Positions 1 through 9,444 of a DNA stretch of 64,000 nucleotides are shown here, piece after piece. The notes below the pieces were generated by a model. That model had not been told where the DNA came from. It searched no databases and saw only the letters and a list, made by a program, of their open reading frames with translations. The position numbers were made by a program, and so were the translations under genes. The DNA is from an uncultured Spirochaetota bacterium (GTDB lineage: Bacteria > Spirochaetota > Spirochaetia > SZUA-6 > Fen-1364): NCBI GenBank assembly GCA_963820525.1, contig CAWGAA010000002.1, positions 128,001-192,000 on the forward strand. Direction: 5' to 3'. Position 1 is the first letter of the stretch, and every line of letters begins with the position of its first letter.

Positions 1-1
1 C

Positions 2-97
2 CAGGTGATGAAGGAGACGCGCGGGAGGGCGGACCCGAAAGCCGTGAGCGACATCCTGGCCGCCAGGCTGGCGGGGGAACCGGGGGAAAGGTCATGA
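2..97 (+). CDS. gatB: Asp/Glu-tRNA amidotransferase subunit B, C-terminal fragment (5' end outside window)
   Basis: Frame from position 2 reads QVMKETRGRADPKAVSDILAARL, a typical GatB C-terminus. Its stop overlaps the folE2 ATG (ATGA). Confidence 0.7.
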   Translation, partial: QVMKETRGRADPKAVSDILAARLAGEPGERS

Positions 98-867
98 TCG
101 ACGTGCAGAACGGGCCCGATTTTCGAAACGTGCCCATCCAGAAGGTGGGAATCAGGGGCATCCGCTATCCCATCACGGTTCGCGACAAGAGCAGGGAGAG
201 GCAGGACACGGTAGCCACGGTGAGCCTCTCCGTGAACCTGCCCCATCACTACCGCGGCACCCACATGAGCAGGTTCGTGGAGGTTCTGGACAGGTTCAAG
301 AACGAGGTGAGCTATCAGGCTCTGGACCACATCCTGATCGAGATCAAGCGCGCGCTTTCCGCCGAGGAGTCGCACCTGGAGCTTGCGTTCCCCTACTTCC
401 TGAGAAAGCGGGCTCCCGTCTCCGGGATGGAGTCCATCATGTCGTACGACTGCGTCATGACCGCGGAATATACCAACCATCTGGCTCTCGCCACCCGGGT
501 GGAGGTGCCCATCCATACCCTCTGCCCCTGCTCCCGGGAGCTGGCAAAGGTGTCCGCGCACAACCAGCGCGGCATCATCGCCGTCACCGTGGGGATGACC
601 AAGTTCATCTGGATCGAGGACCTGATCGAGATAGCGGAGAGCGCCGCTTCCAGCCCCGTCTATTCCCTGTTGAAGAGAGAGGACGAAAAGTTCGTGACCG
701 AGCACGCCTATGACAACCCGCGGTTCGTGGAAGACATCGTGCGCGAGGTATCGCTGCGTCTCGAGCAGCTTCCCGGGCTGCGCTTCTACTCGGTGGAGGC
801 GGAGAACATGGAGTCGATCCACAACCACAGCGCGTACGCGGTCATAGAGAAGCGATATGGGGGGTGA
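94..867 (+). CDS. folE2: GTP cyclohydrolase IB (FolE2/MptA family)
   Basis: Motifs RGTHMSRF, TLCPCS, AHNQRG, LLKREDEK, NPRFVEDIVR and ESIHNHSAYA. Confidence 0.95.
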   Translation: MIDVQNGPDFRNVPIQKVGIRGIRYPITVRDKSRERQDTVATVSLSVNLPHHYRGTHMSRFVEVLDRFKNEVSYQALDHILIEIKRALSAEESHLELAFPYFLRKRAPVSGMESIMSYDCVMTAEYTNHLALATRVEVPIHTLCPCSRELAKVSAHNQRGIIAVTVGMTKFIWIEDLIEIAESAASSPVYSLLKREDEKFVTEHAYDNPRFVEDIVREVSLRLEQLPGLRFYSVEAENMESIHNHSAYAVIEKRYGG

Positions 868-1678
868 CGCCCGGCTCATCGACCTCGTTCCCTCCATCAG
901 GAGGGCCAGGGGCTTTCGGCTCTACGACGGCGCGGGAGGAAGATACCTCGACCTGTACCAGGATGGCGGCGCCGCCATCCTCGGCCATAGGAGCCCGGGA
1001 AGCGTTCGCGAGATGAAGGAGGCGCTCTCGCGCGGCCTGGTTGGAGGGCTGCCCTCGCACCATGAAAAACGGCTCCAGAAGGCTCTCCTGCGGCTCTTTC
1101 CCGGCTACCGATGCGTAAGGACCTACTCCAGCCCTGAAAAGGCCCTGGAGGCGGTCTCCGCGTTCCTGGGAGTTCGCGTGGATGAGGGGGATGTCTTCGA
1201 TCCCGCCTTCGGTTCCCTGCCTGCCTCCCGCCGCGTCTCATTCTGGCGGCCGTTTCTTCCGGCCGTCGGGCCGGTCGAGCCGGAAGTTCTCATCCCCATC
1301 CTGCCCCTGACCGGCAGAGGGAGCTTCACGGCCGCGTGCTTCCGATCGGCTGAAGGAAAGTCCGTTCCGGCCTCGGATCCGGTGCCGCCCTACCTGCTTG
1401 CCGGCTCGCTTCGGGGGCTTGCGGATCTCGCCGTCGCACGGCGCTCTGACGATGCAGCCCGCGGCGCGCTGGAGGGGGCGCGCGGCTGGAAGCTGAATGG
1501 CCCCTACATCGCGCCGGCTTTTCCCGCTTCCGCCTATCCCGCCGTCTTCCGCGCATTCCTCGATGCGGGAGTCCTTTTATCCCCGTTCTTTCCCGGTCCC
1601 AGCATCCTTCCCGCAGAAGCCTCACCCGGGGAAATATGCTTGCTAGAAAAGCTGTTCCATGCTCAACTTGAGCAATAA
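857..1678 (+). CDS. Hypothetical protein with class-III aminotransferase-like N-terminus
   Basis: IRRARGFRLYDGAGGRYLDLYQDGGAAILGH resembles a class-III aminotransferase N-terminus. At 273 aa it is too short for a full enzyme. Confidence 0.65.
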   Translation: MGGDARLIDLVPSIRRARGFRLYDGAGGRYLDLYQDGGAAILGHRSPGSVREMKEALSRGLVGGLPSHHEKRLQKALLRLFPGYRCVRTYSSPEKALEAVSAFLGVRVDEGDVFDPAFGSLPASRRVSFWRPFLPAVGPVEPEVLIPILPLTGRGSFTAACFRSAEGKSVPASDPVPPYLLAGSLRGLADLAVARRSDDAARGALEGARGWKLNGPYIAPAFPASAYPAVFRAFLDAGVLLSPFFPGPSILPAEASPGEICLLEKLFHAQLEQ

Positions 1679-1682
1679 AAGG

Positions 1683-1982
1683 ATGGACGCGCAATCCTTC
1701 ACCGTGGACATTTCCCATCTCCTCTTCGGAGCGTTCGCCACTTTCTGCGCAATTCTGTTGTGGTCGCGGACGCGGGACATGGGCTGGACCTTCGTCATCG
1801 TGGGAACGCTCGTCTCCTACGCGGGGATCGTGTTTATCACCCTCCTCCAGTTCGGCATCCTTGAAGAGGAGTACTTCTCATGGCGGGGAGTCCCCGTGGT
1901 GAGGCTCGCCCTCACGAATCTTCCGCTTCTCTTCAGCGCCATCGGGTTTCTCATCGTCATCGCGCGGAAGCGGACCCCCTAG
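1683..1982 (+). CDS. Small membrane protein (about 3 TM helices)
   Basis: Hydrophobic 99-aa ORF starting 4 nt after the previous stop and followed by a terminator. Confidence 0.75.
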   Translation: MDAQSFTVDISHLLFGAFATFCAILLWSRTRDMGWTFVIVGTLVSYAGIVFITLLQFGILEEEYFSWRGVPVVRLALTNLPLLFSAIGFLIVIARKRTP

Positions 1983-1985
1983 GAC

Positions 1986-2015
1986 AAAAAAAAGCCCGGC
2001 ATGCCGGGCTTTCTT
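1986..2015. terminator. Bidirectional intrinsic terminator
   Basis: A-run, GCCCGGC-AT-GCCGGGC inverted repeat and TTTCTT between convergent genes. Confidence 0.85.
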
Positions 2016-2039
2016 ATCTGAAAAGCGATTTTTGAAAGC

Positions 2040-2225
2040 CTATTCCACGATGATGGCTTCCGCCGGGCAGTCGCTGACGGAATCCCGCACTGCGTTCTCG
2101 AACTCCGCGGCCACGTTGGGAGTGATGACCTCGGCCACGTCCTTTCCCATCTTGAAGACCTGGGGGACGCTGTCAGTGCACAAGCCACAGGCGGTGCAAA
2201 GATCGGGGTCTATTCGAACCGTCAT
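2040..2225 (-). CDS. Single-cluster [4Fe-4S]/[3Fe-4S] ferredoxin
   Basis: 61 aa with CTACGLC...DCPAEAI and an AAGGAG RBS upstream. Confidence 0.9.
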   Translation of the reverse strand: MTVRIDPDLCTACGLCTDSVPQVFKMGKDVAEVITPNVAAEFENAVRDSVSDCPAEAIIVE

Positions 2226-2422
2226 GGACATCTCCTTCCGAAGGGATTCTCCCCGAGGCAAGGCTGCGGGGGCAGACTGATAATAGTGAAAACAGGGTCG
2301 AGTTGCAAGGCCCGCGGGCGGCGAAACGCGCGCGGCCGCTCGAAACGCCGCGTCAGGCGCCTTCTCGGCCTTGGGCGCGGTGCCCACAAGGCGCGCTGCG
2401 CGCCGCAGCATCGTCCTGCGCC

Positions 2423-2450
2423 TTGACAGCGCGAGCACATTCGCTATATT
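2423..2450 (+). promoter_or_regulatory. sigma70-like promoter
   Basis: TTGACA-16nt-TATATT upstream of ORF 2487. Confidence 0.55.
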
Positions 2451-2486
2451 GTCCCTGAGAAACGACTTTGAAAATGGAGGCTGTCC

Positions 2487-2747
2487 ATGATCGCGCTCAC
2501 CATCGGGATCTTTCTCGTGCTGTTCGCCATATACTCGGTTCTTCCCGTTTCCTGGGGTCTGCAGTGGTGGCCAGAGGTCATCCAGTTCCTGAAGGGCGGA
2601 GTGCCCATCCTCGCCGTTTTCATCGGTCTCATCGCCTTTTTCGTCGGAATAGCGGATATTAAGGACAAGATCGAGGCCAAGAAGGAAGAAGAGGAAGAAA
2701 AGCAGGAGGAGGAAAAGGAGAAGGCGAAGGGCACGGGAGCTACTTGA
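2487..2747 (+). CDS. Small 2-TM membrane protein with charged C-terminal tail
   Basis: GGAGG RBS, two hydrophobic segments and an E/K-rich tail. Confidence 0.8.
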   Translation: MIALTIGIFLVLFAIYSVLPVSWGLQWWPEVIQFLKGGVPILAVFIGLIAFFVGIADIKDKIEAKKEEEEEKQEEEKEKAKGTGAT

Positions 2748-2794
2748 CATTAGCATCCTGATATGCGATTTTACCCTCTCTTGAGAAACCAGCG

Positions 2795-3226
2795 ATGAAG
2801 ACGATTTTCGTAAAACCTCAGGATATCGAACGGAAATGGTACCTGATCGACGCGGAAGGGAAGGTCCTCGGCAGGCTCGCTTCCCGCGTGGTCGGCATTC
2901 TCCGGGGAAAGAACAGGCCCGAGTACTCCCCCCACTGGGACATGGGAGACTCGGTCATCATTGTGAACGCGGGCAAGGTGAAGCTCACAGGGCGCAAGGC
3001 TTCCACCAAGCTGTACTACCGGCATTCCGGCTACCCCGGAGGCTTCCGCGCGGAGCCTTACGAGAAGGTGGCGGCACGAAAACCGGCATACCCGTTGGAG
3101 AAGGCGATTCGCGGCATGCTTCCCAAGGGCGCCTTGGGCAGGAAGATATTCAAGCACCTGAAGGTGTACGCGGGGGCCGGGCATCCCCACACCGCTCAGC
3201 AGCCGGTCAAGATCGACATTTCATGA
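2795..3226 (+). CDS. rplM: 50S ribosomal protein L13
   Basis: RKWYLIDAEGKVLGRLAS, RHSGYPGG, RGMLPKG, LKVYAG...HPH. Confidence 0.98.
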   Translation: MKTIFVKPQDIERKWYLIDAEGKVLGRLASRVVGILRGKNRPEYSPHWDMGDSVIIVNAGKVKLTGRKASTKLYYRHSGYPGGFRAEPYEKVAARKPAYPLEKAIRGMLPKGALGRKIFKHLKVYAGAGHPHTAQQPVKIDIS

Positions 3227-3233
3227 GAACGAG

Positions 3234-3635
3234 GTGAAGAACTTGGTCAAGAATCTTGCGATGGCGACGGGCAAGCGGAAGACCTCGGTCGCCAGGGTAT
3301 TTCTCCGCGAAGGCTCCGGCATCATCACGATAAACGGACGCGCTTTCGACGAGTACTTCAAGGGTCTGGACAGGGCCGCCACCGTGCGCGCCCCCCTCGA
3401 GGTGACGGGCTCTCTGGACAAGTTCGACGTTCTCATCAACGTGGACGGCGGCGGAGTCAGCGGCCAGATCGACGCGTGCCGCCACGGCCTCGCGCGCGCC
3501 CTGAACGCCTTCGATCCGTCCAACCACACGGCCTTGAGAGCCAACGGCTTCCTGACGCGCGACTCGCGGATGGTGGAGAGGAAGAAATACGGACAGGCCG
3601 GTGCCAGGAGAAGGTTCCAGTTCTCCAAGCGCTGA
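3234..3635 (+). CDS. rpsI: 30S ribosomal protein S9
   Basis: TGKRKTSVARV, GGGVSGQ, LTRDSRMVERKKYG, QFSKR. Confidence 0.98.
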   Translation: MKNLVKNLAMATGKRKTSVARVFLREGSGIITINGRAFDEYFKGLDRAATVRAPLEVTGSLDKFDVLINVDGGGVSGQIDACRHGLARALNAFDPSNHTALRANGFLTRDSRMVERKKYGQAGARRRFQFSKR

Positions 3636-3642
3636 TCCTCCG

Positions 3643-4281
3643 ATGGGCTCACCCCCGTCGGAGACCCTTCGAGTCGTTTCGCTCGAGCTCAAAGGAGCCG
3701 GCGGAGAGACGGTGCGCGTGCACCTCTCCGACGGCTCCTCTTTTATGGTCCACGGCGAGATAGCCGAGCGCGAGGCCATCCGCGCGGACCGCGAGCTTAC
3801 GGCGGATGAGATCGCCTCCCTTAAGACGCGCTCCGAGATCGTCTTCGCCCGGCAGGGCGCCCTGAACCTCCTCTCCCGCTCACCCCAGACGCGCAAGGGC
3901 CTTTTTCAGAAGCTGCGGCTCCGCGGATTTTCCGAAGACGCGGTGCGCCTCGCCGTCTCGCGCATGATCGAGCTCGGCTACATCGACGATCGCTCCTATG
4001 CCGAGTCGTGGGTGAGCGCGCGCCTCGATTCCCGCACGGAGGGATGGAAGGCCCTCAGCAAGGGCCTCGTTCAACGCGGCGTTCCCCGCGCGGTGGCAGA
4101 CGAGGTGGTCTCTCGGCTGTGCACGGATGAGGTCGAACTGGAAAAGGCGCGCCGCCTTGTCAGCGGGCTTCCTCCGCGGAAGGCCGCCGCGCGGCTCACG
4201 GCGAGGGGTTTCCGCTCTCGGACGATCGGCCGAGCTCTTCGAGAGCATCGCGGCCCAGATCCAGAAGATGATGAGGCGTGA
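3643..4281 (+). CDS. recX: RecX family regulatory protein
   Basis: ALNLLSR...LFQKLRLRGF...GYIDDRSYAESWV...LVQRGV...LTARGF repeat pattern. Confidence 0.85.
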   Translation: MGSPPSETLRVVSLELKGAGGETVRVHLSDGSSFMVHGEIAEREAIRADRELTADEIASLKTRSEIVFARQGALNLLSRSPQTRKGLFQKLRLRGFSEDAVRLAVSRMIELGYIDDRSYAESWVSARLDSRTEGWKALSKGLVQRGVPRAVADEVVSRLCTDEVELEKARRLVSGLPPRKAAARLTARGFRSRTIGRALREHRGPDPEDDEA

Positions 4282-4915
4282 AGGCGAACCGCTGCTCCAA
4301 TATGAAACGCGCCAGATCGAAAACCTTGAGAGCGGCGTCCAGGATGATCGAGTCGGAGGAGGCCACGATCCCCGGGTAGCTTTTCAGCGGGAAGTCCGCC
4401 GTATGCGCGAGGCTCACCTCGTAAGCGAGGCCGTCGACGCCGGCAAGGTTGCCGCGCACCTCCTCGGCCATGACGGCCGAGAAAGCGATTGGAGAGTCAA
4501 GGAATACGTCGACGCGGCGAGGCTCCAGGACGCGCAAAGACTGAACGATTTCGGCCATCGCTTTTTCGGTTGCCGCGCTCTTTCGGAAGCTCCCGTGAAC
4601 GGCTGACGAGTCGCGCATGATTCCATCGTCGGCAATGAAGAGCAGCGCGCCGTGGAGGTAGCTCTCCACAGTGATAAGCACGTTGTACCAGTCGATGCCG
4701 AGGGACCCGCCTTCAAGCTCGCGCGGCGGCACGAGCTTCTGCCGCCTCTCCTCCGCCGCATCCGCCACGATGACGCCGCGGAAAAGACAGTTGCGGCCCA
4801 TGCGCGTCAACATGTAGCGGTCTCCGACGAGCTTCAGAGCCGCTTTATCCGGGTACCCTTTTTCCTTGAGGTATTTGTAATCGAGATAGGCTTTCTCAAA
4901 AGAATACGTTGACAT
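4196..4915 (-). CDS. DUF434 domain protein
   Basis: GYPDKAALKLVGDRYML, IDWYNVLITVES, DDGIMRD and VASSDSIILD motifs. Confidence 0.8.
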   Translation of the reverse strand: MSTYSFEKAYLDYKYLKEKGYPDKAALKLVGDRYMLTRMGRNCLFRGVIVADAAEERRQKLVPPRELEGGSLGIDWYNVLITVESYLHGALLFIADDGIMRDSSAVHGSFRKSAATEKAMAEIVQSLRVLEPRRVDVFLDSPIAFSAVMAEEVRGNLAGVDGLAYEVSLAHTADFPLKSYPGIVASSDSIILDAALKVFDLARFILEQRFAFTPHHLLDLGRDALEELGRSSESGNPSP

Positions 4916-4989
4916 TATGGATATAATGGTTATACTGAATAGTATTGAGAAACACAATTGCTTTTCTGCACGGAGAAAGGATATCAGGA

Positions 4990-5610
4990 ATGGGGAAAAA
5001 AGAAAAGAAAATTAGAATTTTCTCCGCGCTTGAGGTTGCCGATATCTGCGGTGTCGTCAACCAGACGGCGATCAATTGGATTAAGAACGGATTCCTCAAG
5101 GCCTTCACCACTCCGGGGGGACAGTACCGGGTTTACGCGGAAGATCTGCTGGAGTTTCTCACGGCGCGGGGGATGCGCGTTCCGCGGGACCTGGAGGAGC
5201 GCCCAGGCGAAGATCCGGAGTGGGACAAAATCCTCATTGTCGATGACGACGAGAACATCAACAACCTCCTCAAGCGCTTTCTTTCCAAGAGGATGGCAGA
5301 ATACACCGTGCTGCAGGCATTCGACGGATACGAAGCGGGGCGCATGCTGGCCGAATGGAGGCCCGGCGTGATCCTGCTCGACATCAATCTGCCCGGCCTT
5401 GACGGGCACAAGCTCTGCCAGAAGATCAAGCAGGATCCCGCCCTCGGCAATCCCGCCATCATCGCGATCACGGGCTTGACCGAGGACGGACTGGAGCAAA
5501 CCATCCGCAGGGAAGGGGCCGACGCCTTCCTCGCGAAGCCCATCGATTTCGAGAAGCTTCGAACGCAGATCCTCGATCTCGCCGCCGGGCGTCGAAGCGG
5601 AGGAGAATAA
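4990..5610 (+). CDS. Response regulator with N-terminal Xis/MerR-like HTH and C-terminal REC domain
   Basis: VADICGVVNQTAINWIKNG...TPGGQYRV, then ILIVDDD, LLDINLPGLDG and AKP. Confidence 0.9.
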   Translation: MGKKEKKIRIFSALEVADICGVVNQTAINWIKNGFLKAFTTPGGQYRVYAEDLLEFLTARGMRVPRDLEERPGEDPEWDKILIVDDDENINNLLKRFLSKRMAEYTVLQAFDGYEAGRMLAEWRPGVILLDINLPGLDGHKLCQKIKQDPALGNPAIIAITGLTEDGLEQTIRREGADAFLAKPIDFEKLRTQILDLAAGRRSGGE

Positions 5611-5612
5611 GA

Positions 5613-5966
5613 ATGAGCGGGAAGCTTACGATCCTCATCGTCGAGGACGAGGATTCAATCAGGCTCACCCTGCGCGATTATCTGAAAAAGAAGAACCATG
5701 AAGTGATCGTGGCCTCCGACGGAGTGGGAGCGATCAAGCAGATCCTCGATCATCCCGTGGATCTCATCGTGACGGACTACCGCATGGACATCCTCGGCGG
5801 GGATTACTGGATCCGCTTCCTCTCGGAGTTCTGCAAGGACAAGAAAGTGATCATCACGAGCGGGTTCCTCCAGCCCGAGTTTCCCATCCCGTTTCCTGTG
5901 GTGCACAAGCCCTACGACTATTCCGAGCTGGAAGCGATGATCTCCAAGACCCTCGCGGGGGGATAA
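5613..5966 (+). CDS. Single-domain response regulator
   Basis: ILIVEDE, VTDYRM and HKP receiver motifs. Confidence 0.9.
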   Translation: MSGKLTILIVEDEDSIRLTLRDYLKKKNHEVIVASDGVGAIKQILDHPVDLIVTDYRMDILGGDYWIRFLSEFCKDKKVIITSGFLQPEFPIPFPVVHKPYDYSELEAMISKTLAGG

Positions 5967-5970
5967 AACG

Positions 5971-6258
5971 ATGGCTCCCCCCCAGAAGAAGGGCTTTCAT
6001 GCCTTCGTCCACGGCCGGGTCCAGGGAGTCGGATTCCGCTATTCTGCAATCCATGAGGCGCGCCGGCTCCATCTGGAGGGAATAGTGAGAAACTGCGAGG
6101 ATGGAAGCGTCGAGGTCGTCGCCGAGGGAGACCCCCAGCGCCTCGATCAGATGCTCTCCTGGCTTCGGACGGGGCCCCCGGGCGCGTACGTTCGAAACGT
6201 CGATGTCCAGCCCCTGCCGTACTCGGGGCGCTACTCCGGCTTCGACGTTGAGTTTTAG
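5971..6258 (+). CDS. acyP: Acylphosphatase
   Basis: VHGRVQGVGFR and VRNCEDGSVEVVAEG. Confidence 0.95.
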   Translation: MAPPQKKGFHAFVHGRVQGVGFRYSAIHEARRLHLEGIVRNCEDGSVEVVAEGDPQRLDQMLSWLRTGPPGAYVRNVDVQPLPYSGRYSGFDVEF

Positions 6259-6348
6259 AGTGAAATTCAATGCGTCGGCAAGCTCCCGCTTGCCGTTTGC
6301 CGGTCAGTTTGGTAATACTTAGAGTATCTTTCTCGCAAGGGGTCCCGA

Positions 6349-8181
6349 ATGTGTGGAATTTTCGGTTTCGTGGGAAATGGGGTAAACGCAGAGATTCTCA
6401 TCGAGGGGATAAAAAGGCTGGAGTATCGCGGCTACGATTCCTGGGGCCTCTGTCTGGCATGCGACGACCAGCTCACGATGCTTCGCAGAGTGGGGAAGAT
6501 CGGATCCGTCAATCCCGCGAGTCTCACGCTCGGCTCCGCCGGCCCCTGGAACGCCGGCATCGCCCACACGCGCTGGGCAACCCATGGAGCCCCCAACGAG
6601 ATAAACGCCCACCCGCACGTGGACTGCTCGAAGCGCATCGCCGTCATCCATAACGGGATCATCGAGAACCACAACTCCCTTCGCGAGACGCTCCGCTCTA
6701 AGGGCCATTCCTTCACCACGGAGACCGACACCGAGGTGATTCCGCACCTCATCGAGGAGTTCCTCAATACGGAAGCCGACTTTGCCTCGGCTTTCCTGGC
6801 GGCCACGAAGCTCTTGGTCGGCGCCTACGGGATCGCGGCCGTGTTCGCCGGCGAGCCCGACAAGATCTTCGTTGCCCGGCACGGCAGCCCCATCGTGCTC
6901 GGGCTGGGCAAGGAGATGAGCCTCGTGGCAAGCGACCCCGCGCCCCTCATCGCCCATACTCGAGACGTCATCTACCTCGACGACGGGGAGGCGGCCGTGC
7001 TGCGCTCCGACGGCTACGAGACGCATACCCTCGAAGGGGTTCCCGTCACCAAGCCCGTCCAGCAGATCGCCTTCAGCCTGCCCGATATCGAGCGGGGAGG
7101 TTTCCCCCACTTCATGCTCAAGGAGATCTCGGAACAGCCGGAGTCCATCAGAAACGCGTTTCGCGGCCGGATCCTTCGCTCGGGCGGCACCACCAAGCTG
7201 GGCGGAGTCGACGAGGCGCTCTTGAAAAAGGCCAAGCGCGTCCACATCGTGGGGTGCGGCACCTCCTGGCACGCGGGCCTGATCGGCAAGTACATGCTGG
7301 AAAACCTTGCGCGGGTCCCCACCCAGGTGAGCATCGGGGCCGAGTTCCGCTACTCCCACCCCGTCATCGAACCCGATACCCTGGTCATTGCCATCAGCCA
7401 GTCCGGCGAGACACTCGACACCCTCGCCGCGGTTCGCGAGGCCAAGAAGCAGGGCGCCGAGACCATGGGGATCTGCAACGTCGTAAGCTCCACGATCGCG
7501 CGGGAATGCGGCAAGGGAATCTACATCCACGCGGGTCCCGAGCTCGGGGTGGCCTCCACCAAGGCGTTTACCAGCCAGCTCGTCGTGCTGGCGCTCCTTT
7601 CCGTTTCCATGGGCCGCATGCGGGGGCTGTCGCTTCGGGCGGGAATCGAGTTCCTCGACGCCTTGGAAAAGCTCCCCGAGCAGGCCTCCAAGCTCCTCAC
7701 CCATAGGGAGGAGATCGAAACGGTGGCGCGTCAGTACGCGGACTGCTCCAGCTTCCTCTACGTCGGCCGCCTCTACGAGTATCCCGCCGCCCTCGAGGGG
7801 GCGCTGAAGCTCAAGGAGATCTCCTACCTCCACGCCGAAGGGGTTCAGGCGGCCGAGCTGAAGCACGGTCCCATCGCGCTGATAGAGCCCGGAGTGCCGA
7901 CAGTGCTCCTTTCCGCGCAGCATGAGATCAGGGACAAGATGATGGGAAACGCCCATGAGATCATCGCGAGGAACGGCAGGCTCATCGCGGTAGCGCAGGA
8001 GGGGGATCAGGAGCTGGCCAAGCTCGCCGAGCACACCTTCTTCATTCCGAAGACCGTGGACCCGCTGGTGCCCATCCTGTCCGTCATCCCCCTTCAGCTC
8101 TTCGCGTATGCCGTCGCCGTTGCGCGGGGCTGTGACGTGGACAAGCCGAGGAACCTCGCCAAGAGCGTCACGGTGGAGTGA
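6349..8181 (+). CDS. glmS: Glutamine--fructose-6-phosphate transaminase (isomerizing)
   Basis: MCGIFG, LEYRGYDS, HTRWATHG, SQSGET, LKHGPIAL, PRNLAKSVTVE. Confidence 0.98.
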   Translation: MCGIFGFVGNGVNAEILIEGIKRLEYRGYDSWGLCLACDDQLTMLRRVGKIGSVNPASLTLGSAGPWNAGIAHTRWATHGAPNEINAHPHVDCSKRIAVIHNGIIENHNSLRETLRSKGHSFTTETDTEVIPHLIEEFLNTEADFASAFLAATKLLVGAYGIAAVFAGEPDKIFVARHGSPIVLGLGKEMSLVASDPAPLIAHTRDVIYLDDGEAAVLRSDGYETHTLEGVPVTKPVQQIAFSLPDIERGGFPHFMLKEISEQPESIRNAFRGRILRSGGTTKLGGVDEALLKKAKRVHIVGCGTSWHAGLIGKYMLENLARVPTQVSIGAEFRYSHPVIEPDTLVIAISQSGETLDTLAAVREAKKQGAETMGICNVVSSTIARECGKGIYIHAGPELGVASTKAFTSQLVVLALLSVSMGRMRGLSLRAGIEFLDALEKLPEQASKLLTHREEIETVARQYADCSSFLYVGRLYEYPAALEGALKLKEISYLHAEGVQAAELKHGPIALIEPGVPTVLLSAQHEIRDKMMGNAHEIIARNGRLIAVAQEGDQELAKLAEHTFFIPKTVDPLVPILSVIPLQLFAYAVAVARGCDVDKPRNLAKSVTVE

Positions 8182-8188
8182 AAAACAG

Positions 8189-9421
8189 ATGACACCCGGA
8201 CAAATCGTCCTCTTCGAGGATCAGTTCCTCGGCGACATGAGCCCCGTGGCGCTCACCCGGCCCGCCTTCTCGGTCACGTGCGCCTGCTATACCCTGCTGG
8301 ATTTGGTCCGGCTGGCGTGGGACGGCGCCGTGAGCTTCCTGGCCAGAGACCACGTGAAGAAGCTGGCGGCACGAAGCCTCCCCGCCGCGAAACCGGGGGA
8401 TGCGCCCACCCTCTTTCTCAACGCCTCGATCCTCCCCGACGTGCGCTACGCGGAGAAGATCCACGGTCTGGCAGAGCACGGCAAGCCCTTTGTCTGCACG
8501 TCGGGACAGCGGGTGTCTGCTGCGCTCGTGCCCCAGGGGCTTCCCGACGGCATTGGGGTGGAGAAGATCACGGGATGGCTTCTCGACATGAAGCTGCCGC
8601 TCCTTTCCGAGGAGCATTTCACCACGCTGGACAGGCAGTTCGAGGTGGTGAAGCACCTGGAGGAGCTTTTCCCCACCAACATCGCCAAGCGTCTCTCCTC
8701 CGGGTGCTATAAAGAAATCAAGCCGGGAGTTTTCGCCGCGGAAGGGGTGGAGATCGCCGGTACGGCGGTGTTCCGCACGCGCTCCGGTCCCGTGCTCCTC
8801 GACGAAGGCGCCGACGTGGGGGAGTTCTCCTACTTCGAAGGCCCCGTGTACGTGGGGTCCCGGACCAGGATCATCGACAGAGCCTCCATCAAGGGACATG
8901 TGTGCATCGGCTCCACCTGCAAGATCGGGGGCGAGGTCGAGGCGAGCATCATCGAGAGCTATACCAACAAGCAGCACCACGGGTTCCTGGGCCACTCTTT
9001 CATCGGATCATGGGTGAACCTGGGGGCCGGGACCAGCAACAGCGACCTGAAAAATACCTATGGGGAGATCCGCCTGGAGTTCAAGGGCAGGCGCGTCGAT
9101 ACGGGCATCCAGTTCCTGGGCAGCATCATGGGAGATTTCACCAAGAGCGCGATAAACACGAGCATCTTCACGGGCAAGATCATCGGCGCGGCGAGCATGC
9201 TCTACGGCTTCGTCGGCCAGAACGTGCCCAGCTTCTGCAACTACGCCAAGTCCTTCGGGCAGGTGACGGAATGCCCGCTGGACCAGGCGCTGCTGATCCA
9301 GAAGCGGATGTTCGCGCGCCGGGGCGTCGAACAGACACCTGACGATATCGAGCTCATGCGCTCCGTGTTCGAGCTCACCAGAAGCGAAAGGCTCATCTCG
9401 GACGATCCGCTGGCGCTCTAG
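8189..9421 (+). CDS. GlmU-like putative sugar nucleotidyl/acetyltransferase with hexapeptide repeats
   Basis: LFED...PVALTRP N-domain; CKIGGEVEASII, NKQHHGFLGHSFIGSWVNLGAGTSNSDLKNTYG; directly downstream of glmS. Confidence 0.8.
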   Translation: MTPGQIVLFEDQFLGDMSPVALTRPAFSVTCACYTLLDLVRLAWDGAVSFLARDHVKKLAARSLPAAKPGDAPTLFLNASILPDVRYAEKIHGLAEHGKPFVCTSGQRVSAALVPQGLPDGIGVEKITGWLLDMKLPLLSEEHFTTLDRQFEVVKHLEELFPTNIAKRLSSGCYKEIKPGVFAAEGVEIAGTAVFRTRSGPVLLDEGADVGEFSYFEGPVYVGSRTRIIDRASIKGHVCIGSTCKIGGEVEASIIESYTNKQHHGFLGHSFIGSWVNLGAGTSNSDLKNTYGEIRLEFKGRRVDTGIQFLGSIMGDFTKSAINTSIFTGKIIGAASMLYGFVGQNVPSFCNYAKSFGQVTECPLDQALLIQKRMFARRGVEQTPDDIELMRSVFELTRSERLISDDPLAL

Positions 9422-9444
9422 GCCCAGCGGGGGCCGGTCCCGCT

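Noticed and set aside
2040..2756. 238-aa ORF as a large ferredoxin fusion
   Set aside because: Only the last 61 aa have an RBS and ferredoxin motif; the rest is antisense to ORF 2487-2747.
6259..6348. glmS ribozyme upstream of glmS
   Set aside because: Only 90 nt, and the conserved AGCGCC...GACGAG core is absent.
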